A DNA stretch of 64,000 nucleotides from Nageia nagi (Eukaryota; Plantae; Pinophyta): positions 24,366,001 through 24,430,000 of the forward strand of contig JBITNC010000001.1 in the NCBI GenBank assembly GCA_050084985.1, written 5' to 3'. The translations under genes were made by a program, and so were the position numbers. Below the pieces are notes generated by a model that saw only the letters and a list, made by a program, of their open reading frames with translations, was not told the DNA's origin and did no database searches. Shown here in pieces: positions 39,140 to 51,334 of the stretch (its first letter is position 1; each line of letters opens with the position of its first letter).

Positions 39140-40652
39140 TTTTTAATGGGACAACAATCGAGAAGGATTGGAGCAAGCTAAGTGGCTAACAAAGGTAGAG
39201 GGGGAGCTCTACAAGACAGTGACAGAGGAAAGCTTGTTTTGGCTATTGACGGAGGAAATTTGGGCATTTGTGAGGGATATGGATGTCGATGATGGTTGAC
39301 ATATGGATGGCAGGTCGTTGGGTCAAGGTACAAAAAGAGGCCCTTAAAAGGCTAATCCTAATGCAAATGGTAGCGGAAAGCCTACAGGGGGAACCATGAA
39401 GGTAGTCGGTGCTAGCGAACAACTAGTAGGCAATTCCCAATGCCATGGTGAAGGGGGGGGTGCCACTCTTTTGGGGTAGATCCGATTTCATGAACAATGA
39501 CCTAGAGTAAGTTGCAATCGTTTGTTGGTACAATGTGGATGGGATTTGTTGGGAACTTGGGTGGAGGACCAATGTTTGGAAGAGCAAGGGGATTTGTTGC
39601 GAACGTGGTAGTTGTGAGAATGAAACCAACTATGGGAGAATGCTCTATCTGTGTGTTGTTGGTGTTTTTCTTGGAATATACTGGTTGTGATTGGCAATCG
39701 TTGTACAACTGCTCTAGTGAAACTGTGCAGGGTTGAGGCCAAGACATATGGAAGGAATGATGAAAACAAAATAGCAAGGTTGCAATTTCATTCCATGGTT
39801 AGGGCTTGGAAGGATTAGGTACTGGTCAACTTTGTGCTCGAAATTGACTATAGGGAGGAAAACTTGGCGGAAATCATTTTTGTAGCAATGTCATGGGTCA
39901 TTCCAGAGTTTTCTCTAAGAGGTGCATGTTTACTTGTGGTAAGCCAAATTGTTGAACGAAGTTATGGTTTGGAGGCTGCAAATCCTAGGGCAGGGGCCTT
40001 GACAATGGTCGTCGTTGTGTTAGGAGGTACCTGCAAAAATGGACAAATTACTTTTGAAGTAATGTCTAGGGTTGTTTTGAAGGTTTCTACCAGAACTAAT
40101 GCTCACTAGCAATTAAACAAGACGAACGTTACTACGGCTTGGAGGCCACAATATGAGAGGATCCATTTTGGGAGTTTCAACTTTGCAATGAAGAGAGGCT
40201 CTAGGTGTCTTTCAGGAACTACATGGTGGAGATGGAAATCTTATTTTTCTTGCTATTGCAGAATGGATACACTCAAGGGATGCGCAATTGCTCAATCCTT
40301 GCTCATGAGCGAAAAACTTTTTGAATGATGTAACGACTATGGGCAAGCAGATGCAATTTGAATGTTGTGAGTCGTTTGATGTGATCTATGTAACAAACAA
40401 CGGTTTGTTATGTTGTTTGTTGTTTTGTTAGGTGGGGTCGTTAGTTCCCCTTCCATATTCAATTTTAACTTTTTCATTTTGAAGCTTATTGAATATCTAG
40501 AGGTCAATGTAAAAGGTTATAGGACCCTTTCAAAACGCTTGTTGTTCTTTCTATTAGCTGTTTTGCTTATGGGCTTTGTTGAATATTGTGCAGAATCGAT
40601 GTATAAGGTATCAAGTCCTTTCAAAACCCCTATTTTTACACTTATAAAAAGA
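39140..40652 (+). mobile_element. Truncated LINE-type retroposed insertion with a 16-bp TSD
   Basis: TSD AAGATCACATGAAGAT at 39124-39139 and 40653-40668. A-rich 3' end TATAAAAAGA. Confidence 0.75.
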
Positions 40653-41899
40653 AAGATCACATGAAGATCTCTATTACTCACTCAATAATTGCAATGATTA
40701 AATTTATTATACTCCTTAAAATTTAGAATAGAAAAGCATAATATATGTATGATTCACTAAATGATTTACTATTGAAGATCGAATTTATCAAAAGAGAAAA
40801 GAGTAGTGTTGGGGGCTTTTTCTTTCCTACCCTGCTGATAGGTAAATTAGCTTGCAAGGCTTATGGAAAACACCAACAGCTAGGTGGTAGGGCGTGACCC
40901 CTACCCACTATGAGGATTGATTACCTCAAAGGTCTCGTGACGGGATATGCAAGAGGTTACTCAAGAGACTGATTGAAATGTTTAAAGTTGTTTCCTACTC
41001 AAATAGAATTTGTTAATCAAGGACTCAAAGGGTCCCTATCTCCAAAAAATAGTTGTTTCTCAAAAGAAAAGCCAAAGTAAGGTTGCAAAAGTTGCGAGAA
41101 AAAAATGAAAAATAAAGAAAAGGTCGAGTAGACAGTGATATGTGAGTTCAACACAAAAGTTCAATGGTCTCATTGACTAATATAGGTTTCAAGAATTAAC
41201 TCTCATGGGCTTGTCATCGGTTCCACACACTCTAGATCCGACTTGCTAGTCAACAACACGACTGACCTAGCACGAGGAGCTTGAAGCTAAGGCGATGAGA
41301 ATAAGTGATGAGAGGTGGGTAGAGCTTAGATGAGGGAGTGAAATTCTTATGCTAAGCGAGATATGGGAGCCATCTCAAAGTGCACAAGTCTATAATGCAA
41401 ACTATGAATTATTACACAACCATGCACCTCTTAAAGTACTTCTAAAAATGTTCAAACACTATTTTGTCCACCTTAAGCAAGATTTACAAAATGCACCAAG
41501 TATTCATGACAGCACAAGATAGTAACATCCATTCATATTCATAGTTCCAAATAAGTTCACCATTCAATTACTTGAAATATATCACATTCACAAATTGCGG
41601 AAACTTGCAAGCTTGAAAGTATTAAGTAAGTTGTCCAATTTTCAAAAATGTCTAAACCCCTACAAATGAGCCCAAATGGGCTATAAATAGTTTTCTTGGC
41701 AACCCTAGTTGTTGCCCTAACCCTAATTCCAAAATACAAGAACATACACATGGTTCAATCACAAATTGCCACATGGTATTACAAGGTTTCTTCCAAACTT
41801 TTGGGAGTAAATCCTCATCCATCACAAGTTTGGGAATTAAATAATAAAGTATTTCATTAAAATAAATGTCATTTTCTTTGAAAATAAAAATAAACTTGA

Positions 41900-44800
41900 A
41901 AATTGTGACTAAGATGACGATGGGCCCAAAGCCGCAACTCGTTCCTCGAAATCCTCATCTAGGAATTTCGCAATGAGTTCCAATCCATGTACCATCTTTG
42001 CAATCTTTGATCAGTTCTCAGCGACACAGCATCCAACTTTCTCGATCAGTCTTTGCATCTCATTCTTCCAGGCATGGGCTCTAAACATGTGCCTAAGGTG
42101 ACTTCAAGACTGATAGGTGTTGACATCATCCGTCATGATTAAACTATGGAGGAAATGTCTAACCTTTGTCACTACCAGGTCCATTTCCCTGATGGTGTAT
42201 CATCATCTATGAACTTGACCTGGAGTTCCATCTATTCAAGGCTTGTGTTAGCCTTGTCGTTGAGTACTTCAACCTCCTTATGCACCTCCTGGAAGCGAGA
42301 GGCTATCTGATTGACAACACCTAAGTAGAACCAATAATCTTCACAAAACTTTACATCCTCAAGCCTCTGATCCTAAGTCATCTCAATCTCAATATCATTG
42401 GTTTCCGAGATTCTAGAATTCTGAGAAGGTTGATTCTTTCCACCACAATATCTTTCAATTTATGTTCTTCAACTGTGACCCTTTACAATGCAGCAATGAA
42501 TTGCTGCACCACTATCAAGACTTCGTTGATCACTTCTTGTTTCACTGCAATCATACCCTCCTTCAAGGGTTTTATCTTTTGAAGTTCCTTTGGGGGTACC
42601 TTTGCGGACTCCATCTCCCTAGTCAATCTCCTCTGAGCGGCTAACTCCTTCTTGAGGCTTTTTATCTCCTTTTCTTTTAGCATCCCATCCTTGGCGATTG
42701 CCTCAGTGTTATATATGATTGAATGTTTTTTGCCAGCCACATCAATAGGACCTGTATTGATAATTTGGTTTATTTTCCTGAGGTCTCCAGGTTGTTGTGG
42801 GTTGTTCTTGTCAACAATTATGGTCTTAATGTGAACTGCATTGTTAGCCAAATGCACATAAATCTTACTCTTACCCTAACAAGTGGAGCTTTCTCCAACT
42901 TGGTCATTAACTTCTCTACCTCCAAACTCCTCCCCGACATCCATGTTAACACCCCATTCATTAGTGGGTGATGGTAAGTATTGGTGGCATTTCTCTTCGC
43001 TTTTTTCAAGGGTCTTCTTCTTCAATATATATTCCTCAAAGGCTTCTGATGATCGAGACTAGGAAGTTCTCTTCACTTGTGCTCTTCTTTGTACTGACTT
43101 TGATGTTGGACCTTTACCCTTCCCTATTGAAGGTTCTGATGAAGTAGGCTTTTGAACTACCTTCAAAATCTCTAAAGATCTATCCTCTTGTTGGGTACCC
43201 TAAACATCATTACGTTGCATTGTACTCACTTCATGTTCATCTTTTGATTCACCTGCTTGTCCTTCCTCTTGACTTTCATCAAGTTCATACATGGGACTAG
43301 AGGATGAGGACTCAAATGGCGGAACAACTGGTGATGGATATGCAGTCGATTCTCTAGGTGGTTTTTGCGGTGGGGATGGATCCTTCTCTTTGTTCCTAAC
43401 ACATTTCACCATCTTATCAATGGCCACACGCTCCAACTCTCTCATGTCATGCTCATCAATGGTGTCCCTAACTTGTTGTACTACCTGCTCCATTAGATTC
43501 TTACCACGCATTGATGCATATTGTCTAACAAGTTCTTCAACTGTAAGGGGGAACTGGGTGACCCTGGAAGTGGACTCTTGTGGTCTTCTCCCCTTTTGTT
43601 GTGACAATCTCTTGTCGATAGTGGCTTCAACAGTTTGTTGTTACTCCTGAGCATCCTTATGCATCTTGTCACAGATCTTTCTCATCTCCACCTCATTGCT
43701 TATATTTCTGAAGGGCTCCTCTTCTATGGATAGCTTATGTTCATAAGGTCTTTTCCTTCATGTAGAATTGGTGAATTTTGTGTTGTGGATCATAGTGACT
43801 TGCAGCAGGCATCTCTTTGAAATTGAATCTTTCAAACTCCTCTTTCATTGTGTCAACATCTGCCCATGTCTTGCACTGGTATTCCCCCACTATGATTGCC
43901 AAGTTGGAGGTGGCCTATTTCTTTTGCCATACCTGCTCATGTAAGTAGGTCAACTGCCTCATCATCTCCATTAGGAGCAATTTGTTGCTCACATATTTGG
44001 GCAATTAATATGGTTCCACGGTTGGCCAATGAATTCGGATGTAGGAATAGTGTTGGTGATGGATAAAAAAGTCCCCATGCTTCCTCAACGCGTCTTGGGC
44101 TGAGTTAGAGATCCTAGCCACTGTGCTTTCTCCCTTAAGCTCCTTATAGATCTCATACTCGCATCCATCATTCTTCATGATGAAACTATCCCCTCTCCTC
44201 TCAAGCTTCCATTTGGGGTAGTACTTCCAAATAGCATATGTTCCTTTCTCAATCCATGCTACTTCCCCTTTAGTTGTGGCCATATACTTACCATGGAACA
44301 ATAAGTATACCAGGTAGGAGTTGAGGTAGAATTTGCATGTGGTGCCAATGGATGATAACTGATCTGCAATCATGTCACTCAACACCTTGTTCCACTTAAT
44401 ACTCTTTCCTCTAGCCATCTCCACGATGAAGCCAAAGAATTCCTTCTTGAACTTAGACACATCTTCTTTTCCCAAAATCTTGGATAACATCAAGATCATC
44501 AACTCAACGAAGGGGTAGAAGTTGAAGCGAGGGGCATTGATGAGAGCATTCCCTTTAAGTTTATGATGCTCATCTAGCATCCAATTCCTTATTGCAACGG
44601 CAGCCCTGTTAGTCTCTTGATAACATGCTAGTGACTCTGCTTCATTGTATTCAAAATTTCCCTCTAAGTTCCACTGGAATGCCGTTTTGATGGCTTTGGG
44701 GTTGAAATCCATAATGATTTCTCGGAGGACTCTCTCTCCCTTCTGCCAATGATGACCCACTTCGATGCACAATTCAGGAAAAGGAGCTATAAATGGGACG

Positions 44801-45061
44801 AAGGCACAAGTGTAGAGCTCGGAGAAGAATACAATGTCTTGTTTGAGATCACTGACTTGCAACCCATGTATTCTCTCTCATTTGCATAGGATCAACGTCT
44901 TGCCATTCTGTGTCTCCAATGGTAGCAAGACCATTCTTCGAGAATTTGGCCCCTTGGGGAAGGGGCTCTTGTCTTTCACAGATGGTGATGATGCAATATT
45001 GCCTCAGTCGTTCACGTTTCCTAGCAAAGTCTTTAGTCGAATTGCTCTTAGAAGTGGTCAT
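41900..45061 (-). pseudogene. Decayed ~1000-codon retrotransposon accessory ORF inside LTR J (plant-transposon/env-like globular domain, S/E/P-rich linker, coiled coil)
   Basis: Collinear minus-strand ORF pieces 45061-44849, 44862-44005, 43607-43200 and 42857-42483. Motifs IKWNKVLSDMIADQL..FYLNSYL and YIRIHWPTVEPY*LPKY. The 3' end is approximate. Confidence 0.7.
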
Positions 45062-45281
45062 GATGCTCAATCTTGCAACAAGGTCCTTCAAGGGTGATGT
45101 CTGGGTTTTCAAGTGGTGAGGGTACCCAACGTTGGATGTCTTGTCTCCCAATTCCTTGCGCAAGCCCCGAAATGCAATATGATGGATTTCAAACTCAAAA
45201 ATTGGCAATTTTTTGCAATTCTGGCACAAATGTAAAAGAGGAGTGTGATTTGAATTTGAGAAAATGAGGTCTCCAAGGTTG

Positions 45282-45289
45282 TATTTATA
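45282..45289 (-). promoter_or_regulatory. TATA box of LTR J
   Basis: GCTATAAATAC on the minus strand, followed by a pyrimidine-rich leader, ~220 bp upstream of the ATG at 45061. Confidence 0.65.
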
Positions 45290-45556
45290 GCTGAAACTAG
45301 CTTCCAACAAACCTTAGTCGGCTAGTTCATAATGAGAATGCATCCTGGTCATCCAGATGGCCAACCTCAAGATGTGTGCACGCCCGAATCATGCGCCAAC
45401 TCCAAGGATGGATGCTCTTTCTACGATGGTCTTCTTTGCTCCCTAGCTCATCCATCTTGACCTCGAGGTTCGTCCTGAGACCTGATTTTGCTCTTTCTAG
45501 GACCGAACCTCGCCGAATTTGATCATTAAACCCAACCTGGACACCCCTCAAGTCAA

Positions 45557-46306
45557 GCACATGATTCAAAAAGAAAAGATTTTGCCTTTTCGAAACATGC
45601 ACCCAACTCTTCAACTCTCCCAATTTGAGCGCATGATCCAAAAAGACAAGATTTTGTCTTTCTGGGGCATGCGTTGGGTTGCAGATGCCCAAATTTGCTT
45701 TGTTTAGAGATCTTGCTTCCATGACTTAGCCAAATTTTCTTGATTTCCTCCTCCTGAAGGCTCTCTAGGTCTAGCACATGGTTCAAAAAGTCAAGATCTT
45801 GTCTTTTGAAATCATGCACCAGCCCTTCTAGTGTTGCTAGAGCTGGTTTTGGGGTTCGAGGCTTCATGCCTTGGTCAAATTTTGCTTTTCAGACCAATTG
45901 GGTGCCTCTATGGCTTGAGCGCATGCTCCCAAAAGAAAAGATTTTGTCTTTTTGAGGCATGCACCAGCCTCCTGGATACTCGAGCTTGACCTTCTCATTC
46001 TCGAACTTGTCCTATGCTTGCTCCTGGCTTGAGCACATGGTTCAAAGAGACAAGATTTTGTCTTTTTGAGGCATGCGCCAGCATTACAATGTCTTCCACT
46101 TGCCTCTTCTCTGCTCCATCTTGTTCCGAAATGCTCCTCGACCCAAGCGCATGCTTCAAAAAGACAAAATTTTGTCTTTTAGAGGCATGAGCTAGGCCTA
46201 AAAGCAGTCCAGTTTGACTTTTTGAGACTTAACTCCAGTCTAGGCGGCTCCCTGACTCAGGCGTATGATTCAAAAAGACAAAATCTTGTCTTTTTGAGGC
46301 ATGCGC
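45557..46306. repeat. Array of seven 46-bp imperfect palindromes in the U3 region of LTR J
   Basis: Copies start at 45557, 45629, 45774, 45919, 46033, 46147 and 46261. Consensus ~GCGCATG(N)TTCAAAAAGACAAGATYTTGTCTTTTTGA(RG)CATGCGC. Confidence 0.9.
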
Positions 46307-47799
46307 CAGGCCTAAAAGAGGCCTAGTTCAATTTGACTCTGTCCCGACTCACCCTGGACTCTCCCGATTCATTTAAGATCGACTTTTGGTTTTCCAAACT
46401 TAGTCATTTTTTTGAGAAATTTCAGATTTTGGATTGATATGACTAAGCCTAGGCGAAGGATGAGACTTAAACCTGGAGAACTTGACATTGAGTTTGGGTC
46501 TTGCGAAATTACTTGGACTGGACGAGACAAAAACATGACAATGCATTCACACAAGTTGTTGAGGGTCCCCAAAATCGCAGGATTTTGGGCATGTTGTGTT
46601 TAGTCATAACAAGTAGGATTTTGGTTAGATGGAGCTTTAACTATGAGAGATATTTGTGATAAATTGTGTGCTAAGTTACTTAATGATTTTCCCATTATTA
46701 TTATATCGATGAGCAATTGGCTATCACAAATTATTTCTTTGAAATTTATTATATTAAAAAATTAGCAAATTTGACATATACATAGTTTGGAAAATCAACA
46801 AAAAGACAGATCTTAAAAACTTAATGGATCTATGTCTAATAAATGAATTGTTAGTGCTCCAATTTCATTCAATCTAAAATAGGTGATTGAAAAACTTGTT
46901 AGAATTATATCGGCATTATTACAAAAATGGAAACAAGATGAAACATTTGTTCAAAAATTGGTTGATTGCCTTAACGAAATATTTATGGACCTTCCAATAT
47001 TTCATGCAACAAACATTTTCCATTCTCGTTGTTATTCTATCAAGAAAATGAAACATAATTAAATACAACTCGATAATTAGAACACTTATGCAGCAAGTTT
47101 GACATCAAACATTGTCCACTTGATGATGTTGAACAATGCAAGTGAACTATAAAATTTTGTTGTGATGTTGTATGGATATTTAACAACAAATATGTTAACA
47201 TCATGAGAACAATGTGGAGGTGAATGTGAATGGTAGTCACTTCCAAACATAATGTGACTTTGGCAAGAGGTTCATATTAATGTTTTTGTCTTTTTCTGCT
47301 GCTCAAAACCTACATTCAATTCATTGGCACAAAGCTTTATAGCAATCGAAAAGTATAAAATCGAGTAGGTCTCCTCCTTTATGATAGAATTCAATGATTA
47401 TTGTATCACTTGATGATACTTTAACATTTTTTTTTACTTCCTATAAAAAATATATCCAATAATTTACTATTAACTACTTTTGTTTGTTATATATTTTTAA
47501 ACTTAATTTAATATTTATTTTCTTATTAAATATTTAAAGTACTTATTTACATATTTCAAAAAAAATTTATATTACTTTCACTAATGTATACATAAAATGC
47601 AATTTTATTTTTATATTTCTTTTTTAAATCTATCATATTCTTTACACGAAAAGGAAAACAATATCTTAGCTATCCAAGGAAGGTGAATTGGTATAATTGA
47701 TCATCTTTGTAGTGAAGGCCAAGGTCAAAACACATCCTTCTCATGGTTAAATGATTCTACACTACAAGTGCAAACTTAGTAATCGTAACTAAGATGAAG

Positions 47800-48680
47800 T
47801 TTATGATATGATATGATGTCTTTTAACGTCGTTTAGAACCAATTATTTCTAACAAAATTAATATTCATAGTAAAGCCATCAAGCTTGTTTTTATTATCTT
47901 GGTTTAACAATTCTTGAACTAGGTTGTGATTACAACGATTATTATAGGTTTGTCTAATGACTTTATAAAATGGGTAGCTAAGGAGAAAATGAATCTCGTC
48001 TTCTACAATATTTAGGTTACAAAACGTATAAATTATTTTATCACTTGGTGCTTTAGGTATCATCTATCTACTTGTTTCACCATGCAATTCATGTGAATTA
48101 GTTCTAGATTTTGCAATCATTTATTTCTTTCTAAAGTTGACAACCTTATATGGCTCGGATGGATGTTCAAGTTTTCGGTTCATTATGCTTTTATAATAGG
48201 CTAGCTTTTTTATTTTTGATATTATCTATCCAAAAAAATTAATTACTTTATTTGCAATTTGTAATTTTAAGTTATTATTATCTAAAGAGGTTATATTGTC
48301 GTGTATGCCCCAAAAATCAAGCCACTTATCAATATTTTAGTCAACTTTTTTTAAGATGCAGATAGGTTAGACAAGTTTGTTCGGCAATAACAGGGAACCT
48401 ATGATGATCCAACTTTGTTAGTTTATAATTGTATAATATATATTGTCTTAAAGCTTTGCTTTCAATAGGGAATAGACCAGCTTCGATGAGAAAAACAGGA
48501 TATAGTGTGTTACTCTCAATTTTGAAGTTATACATAATTAGTTATTTTTGAATTTGCTCAATTTTATTTCATGTTTCTCAAGAAATGCTTCCACCTAAAA
48601 CTTCATAATCATAGAGGATTACAGAAGTTATGAGGCAAGAGAAAAGAGTTTTTTGTTATCCAACTCCATGAAGAACTATG
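47800..48680 (-). mobile_element. 3' fragment of a non-L1-type LINE (ORF2 C-terminus)
   Basis: SRTNSHELHGETSR...FCNLNIVEDEIHFLLSYPFYKVIR. Short (ATATC)n-like tail near 47805-47820. Confidence 0.65.
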
Positions 48681-48687
48681 CAAGTGT

Positions 48688-49970
48688 TGTTGAAGGATCG
48701 AACACCATAAAATTTCCACATGAAGCAATTACTTCAAGCAAGCATCCTCAAAAATGAAGCAAAAGATATAGGTGGGTGGTTAAGCCACACAATAATGATT
48801 AAATTAATAATAGCACATAAAAGAGAACCATCAACATAGAGCGGTTAAGCCCAACATTGAGGTACCATGCATTCTTTGCTTCATACATAAAAAAATGAGG
48901 TAGGGGTGTCCTACAAATAGGCACACCAAGCTCTACCAATACATGTGAGATATCCTCCACCATAGATTACACAACAATATGTTTTAATCTTAAGGGCGGA
49001 TCTCATTTTATGCATTAATTAAATACATAGGAATTAAAGCAAAGGTATCCAAGTATTGAGAAATACTAATGTGTTAATAAACGCAAGTCATACAAAGTTT
49101 AGTTTAACCTCCAACACCCTCCCTTAAGGTAAATTTAGGGCGGCCAACAATGTCATTTGAAGAGGTGAAAGTGTCATCAACTGAACACCATCCCTTGATG
49201 ACAACTTTCCATGTAGTCTTATACACACTCCCCAAATGAACAAAAGCATTGTCTCATTCCACATGGGTATCCATTACCCCTTCCAAGAGCCAGGAGCAAT
49301 CTTCCCTCCCTTTATCCTCACCATGAGTGCAAAATTTACTCCATGTATTGGTCCACAAGTTTGCTTTTCACATTATCTGAATAATTCATAAAAACAATCA
49401 CGTTTGAAGGAGTAGTATGGCTACGACCATCCATCCACTCTCCAAGATGATCCATCCCAATGCCACCTTTTATGTGAAGATTACTATCAAGCTTCTCTCC
49501 ACCATTCTTGTGAGAATTGACATTCCCACCATCAACATTATCACCATGTCAATCATGATAGTAATTAAGATGAAGATTTTTATCAAGTTCCATGATGTCC
49601 ACCATAAAATCCAAAACCATGAGATCCATCCAATGAACTTATTGAGCTTATCCATATTACATCTTTCAATTCATTAGAGGAATCTTTCTAAAAAGAGTAG
49701 AATCTTCTCAAAAAAGAATCATTCCACAAATAAAGGAATCTTTCCTTACCAATAGAGAAATCTTTCCATATACAATGGAATTTGTCCTTATCAATCGAAA
49801 AATATTTCCATATACAATGGAATCTTTCCTCATCAACCAAAGTTTGTGATATCAAGGTACCATCTTCAAATTCTATCAGATCTGCCATGCTTCCAAAAAT
49901 GACCAACGAATCCAAAGCAACAAATTGCAACAATGCGTAAATCTCAAATAAATACCTTGGGATTCTCACA
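48688..49970 (-). mobile_element. 3' LTR (49116 to ~48688), PPT and internal remnant of an LTR element
   Basis: Minus-strand PPT AAGGGAGGG followed by TGTTGGAGG at 49116. Terminal ...TCAACA near 48688. Confidence 0.6.
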
Positions 49971-49974
49971 ATCA

Positions 49975-50150
49975 TGTATCGAGATCTCGAAGTACATTAA
50001 AACACCTAATCTACACTTGGAAGAGAGACGTCTCACTTGGGGCTCATAGTGGGATCCAATGACCCATTAAGTATTCTATCCCAAGTACTAACTAAAAAGG
50101 ACAATTAAATAATAAAATATATTACAAAAGGGGAATCCATTGGATTCCAT
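49975..50150 (-). repeat. Fragment of an element-B-family LTR
   Basis: GAGACGTCTCACTTGGGGCTCATAGTGGGATCC resembles 17043-17075. Confidence 0.6.
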
Positions 50151-51334
50151 AATTAAGTACAATGATGCAAGGGAGACATCACAACAAACAAGGTCAGCAA
50201 ATCTTCTACGAGCTAAATCAAAGAGGGAAAACCAGTTACAAGACTCTTCAATCGATTTTCACTCCAAGTTCAACTACATCCAGCAGGTGTTTTTTTACCA
50301 TTTTTTTAATTATTCTACTGTTACTTTTTCTTACTTATGCTTGCAGCTTGTACATTGTTTGTTTCTTATACTTCTTCTCGCAGCTTGTCTACTGTTTGTT
50401 TTTTTCTACTTTCACTTGCAGCTTGTACTCATAATCCAAGAACAGCTCTCTAGCATCTTATGTTTTATCTTGTAGAAATGCTGACTAGCATGAAGGCAAT
50501 AGATATGTTTAAAAAGTTTGTAAATGAATGTAGAATTTATTGTAGGTACATTTTTCAACTGTTTAACTTTTAACTATCAACCATGATCATAGTTGTTTGA
50601 TTCAACTTCAACTTTGTTTAATTCAACTTTAACTTGTAGAAGTATAGTTTATGTTTTATTTCTTACTACAAGATAAAAAGATGAAAATACATACATTTTT
50701 GAATAACATAAGTTTTTCATTTTGGCTTCTATTTGCATGGTTTATGTATCCTTGATTTAATGTAAATTCCAGTGTTTTTTGCATGCTTTATTTTTTATGA
50801 AAGCAAAATCCGTCTAATTTTGAATCTTTAAAATTTCAAAACTCGAAAATTTAAATTATATTATGTTATTTAACTTATTTGAAATAGATTGTTGTGTCAT
50901 TCGATATGGAATGTTGAAGGATAGCTTAAAAAAAGTTGTTTATAAGCCAAATATGTATATTATGCATTTTTCTCTTTTTGCCGAATTTTTGTGAATCAAA
51001 AGCCAAATTGCTCTTTTATTACATGCTAATAAATAACTTAGAATAAACATAGCCCATTTAACTAAAACTTTAGTGATTTCATAGTGAATATCCGTGACTG
51101 AGTTTCTTACACTAAATTACCCACGCAGGCTTCGGAAGTCCGTAAAATAAATAGATATGAACAACATGGCTGAGTATTTAAACTAAATCCATCCAGCTAC
51201 ATAATCCTTATCAATGTGCATATTTTTCAAATTCAATATATCCAGAAAAAGAATCCCTGCCTATTTTTAGACAACGACAAGAAAATTAAGTTCTGAATTC
51301 AGCAGATAATATTCTAAGCATAATTATTCAAAAC

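Larger units (their letters stand above)
40807..46611 (-). mobile_element. Giant (5,805-bp) solo LTR J containing a protein-coding region
   Basis: TGTT...AACA termini, perfect TSD AGTAG (40802-40806 and 46612-46616). No internal LTR pair, PBS, PPT or gag/pol motifs seen. Confidence 0.8.
36560..47400 (-). mobile_element. Highly decayed hAT-like DNA transposase remnant interrupted by later insertions
   Basis: Minus-strand fragments DGTSVI (~38770) and SINCIAHHETLA (CxxH motif, ~38670-38705), plus a C-terminal TLDIINVLVSFCG dimerisation-like segment (~36690-36735). Boundaries approximate. Confidence 0.5.
20344..51334 (-). other. 30,991-bp GT-AG intron of the ataxin-3 gene
   Basis: Donor CAG|GTTTTG at 51335/51334 and acceptor CAG|GTTTTA at 20344/20343. 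The splice restores the conserved GDFSIQ|VLEKAL. Confidence 0.9.

Noticed and set aside
45557-46306. CRISPR-like look of palindromic repeats with spacers
   Set aside because: Eukaryotic LTR context, no cas genes, degenerate repeats, and spacers that are related to each other and of uneven length.
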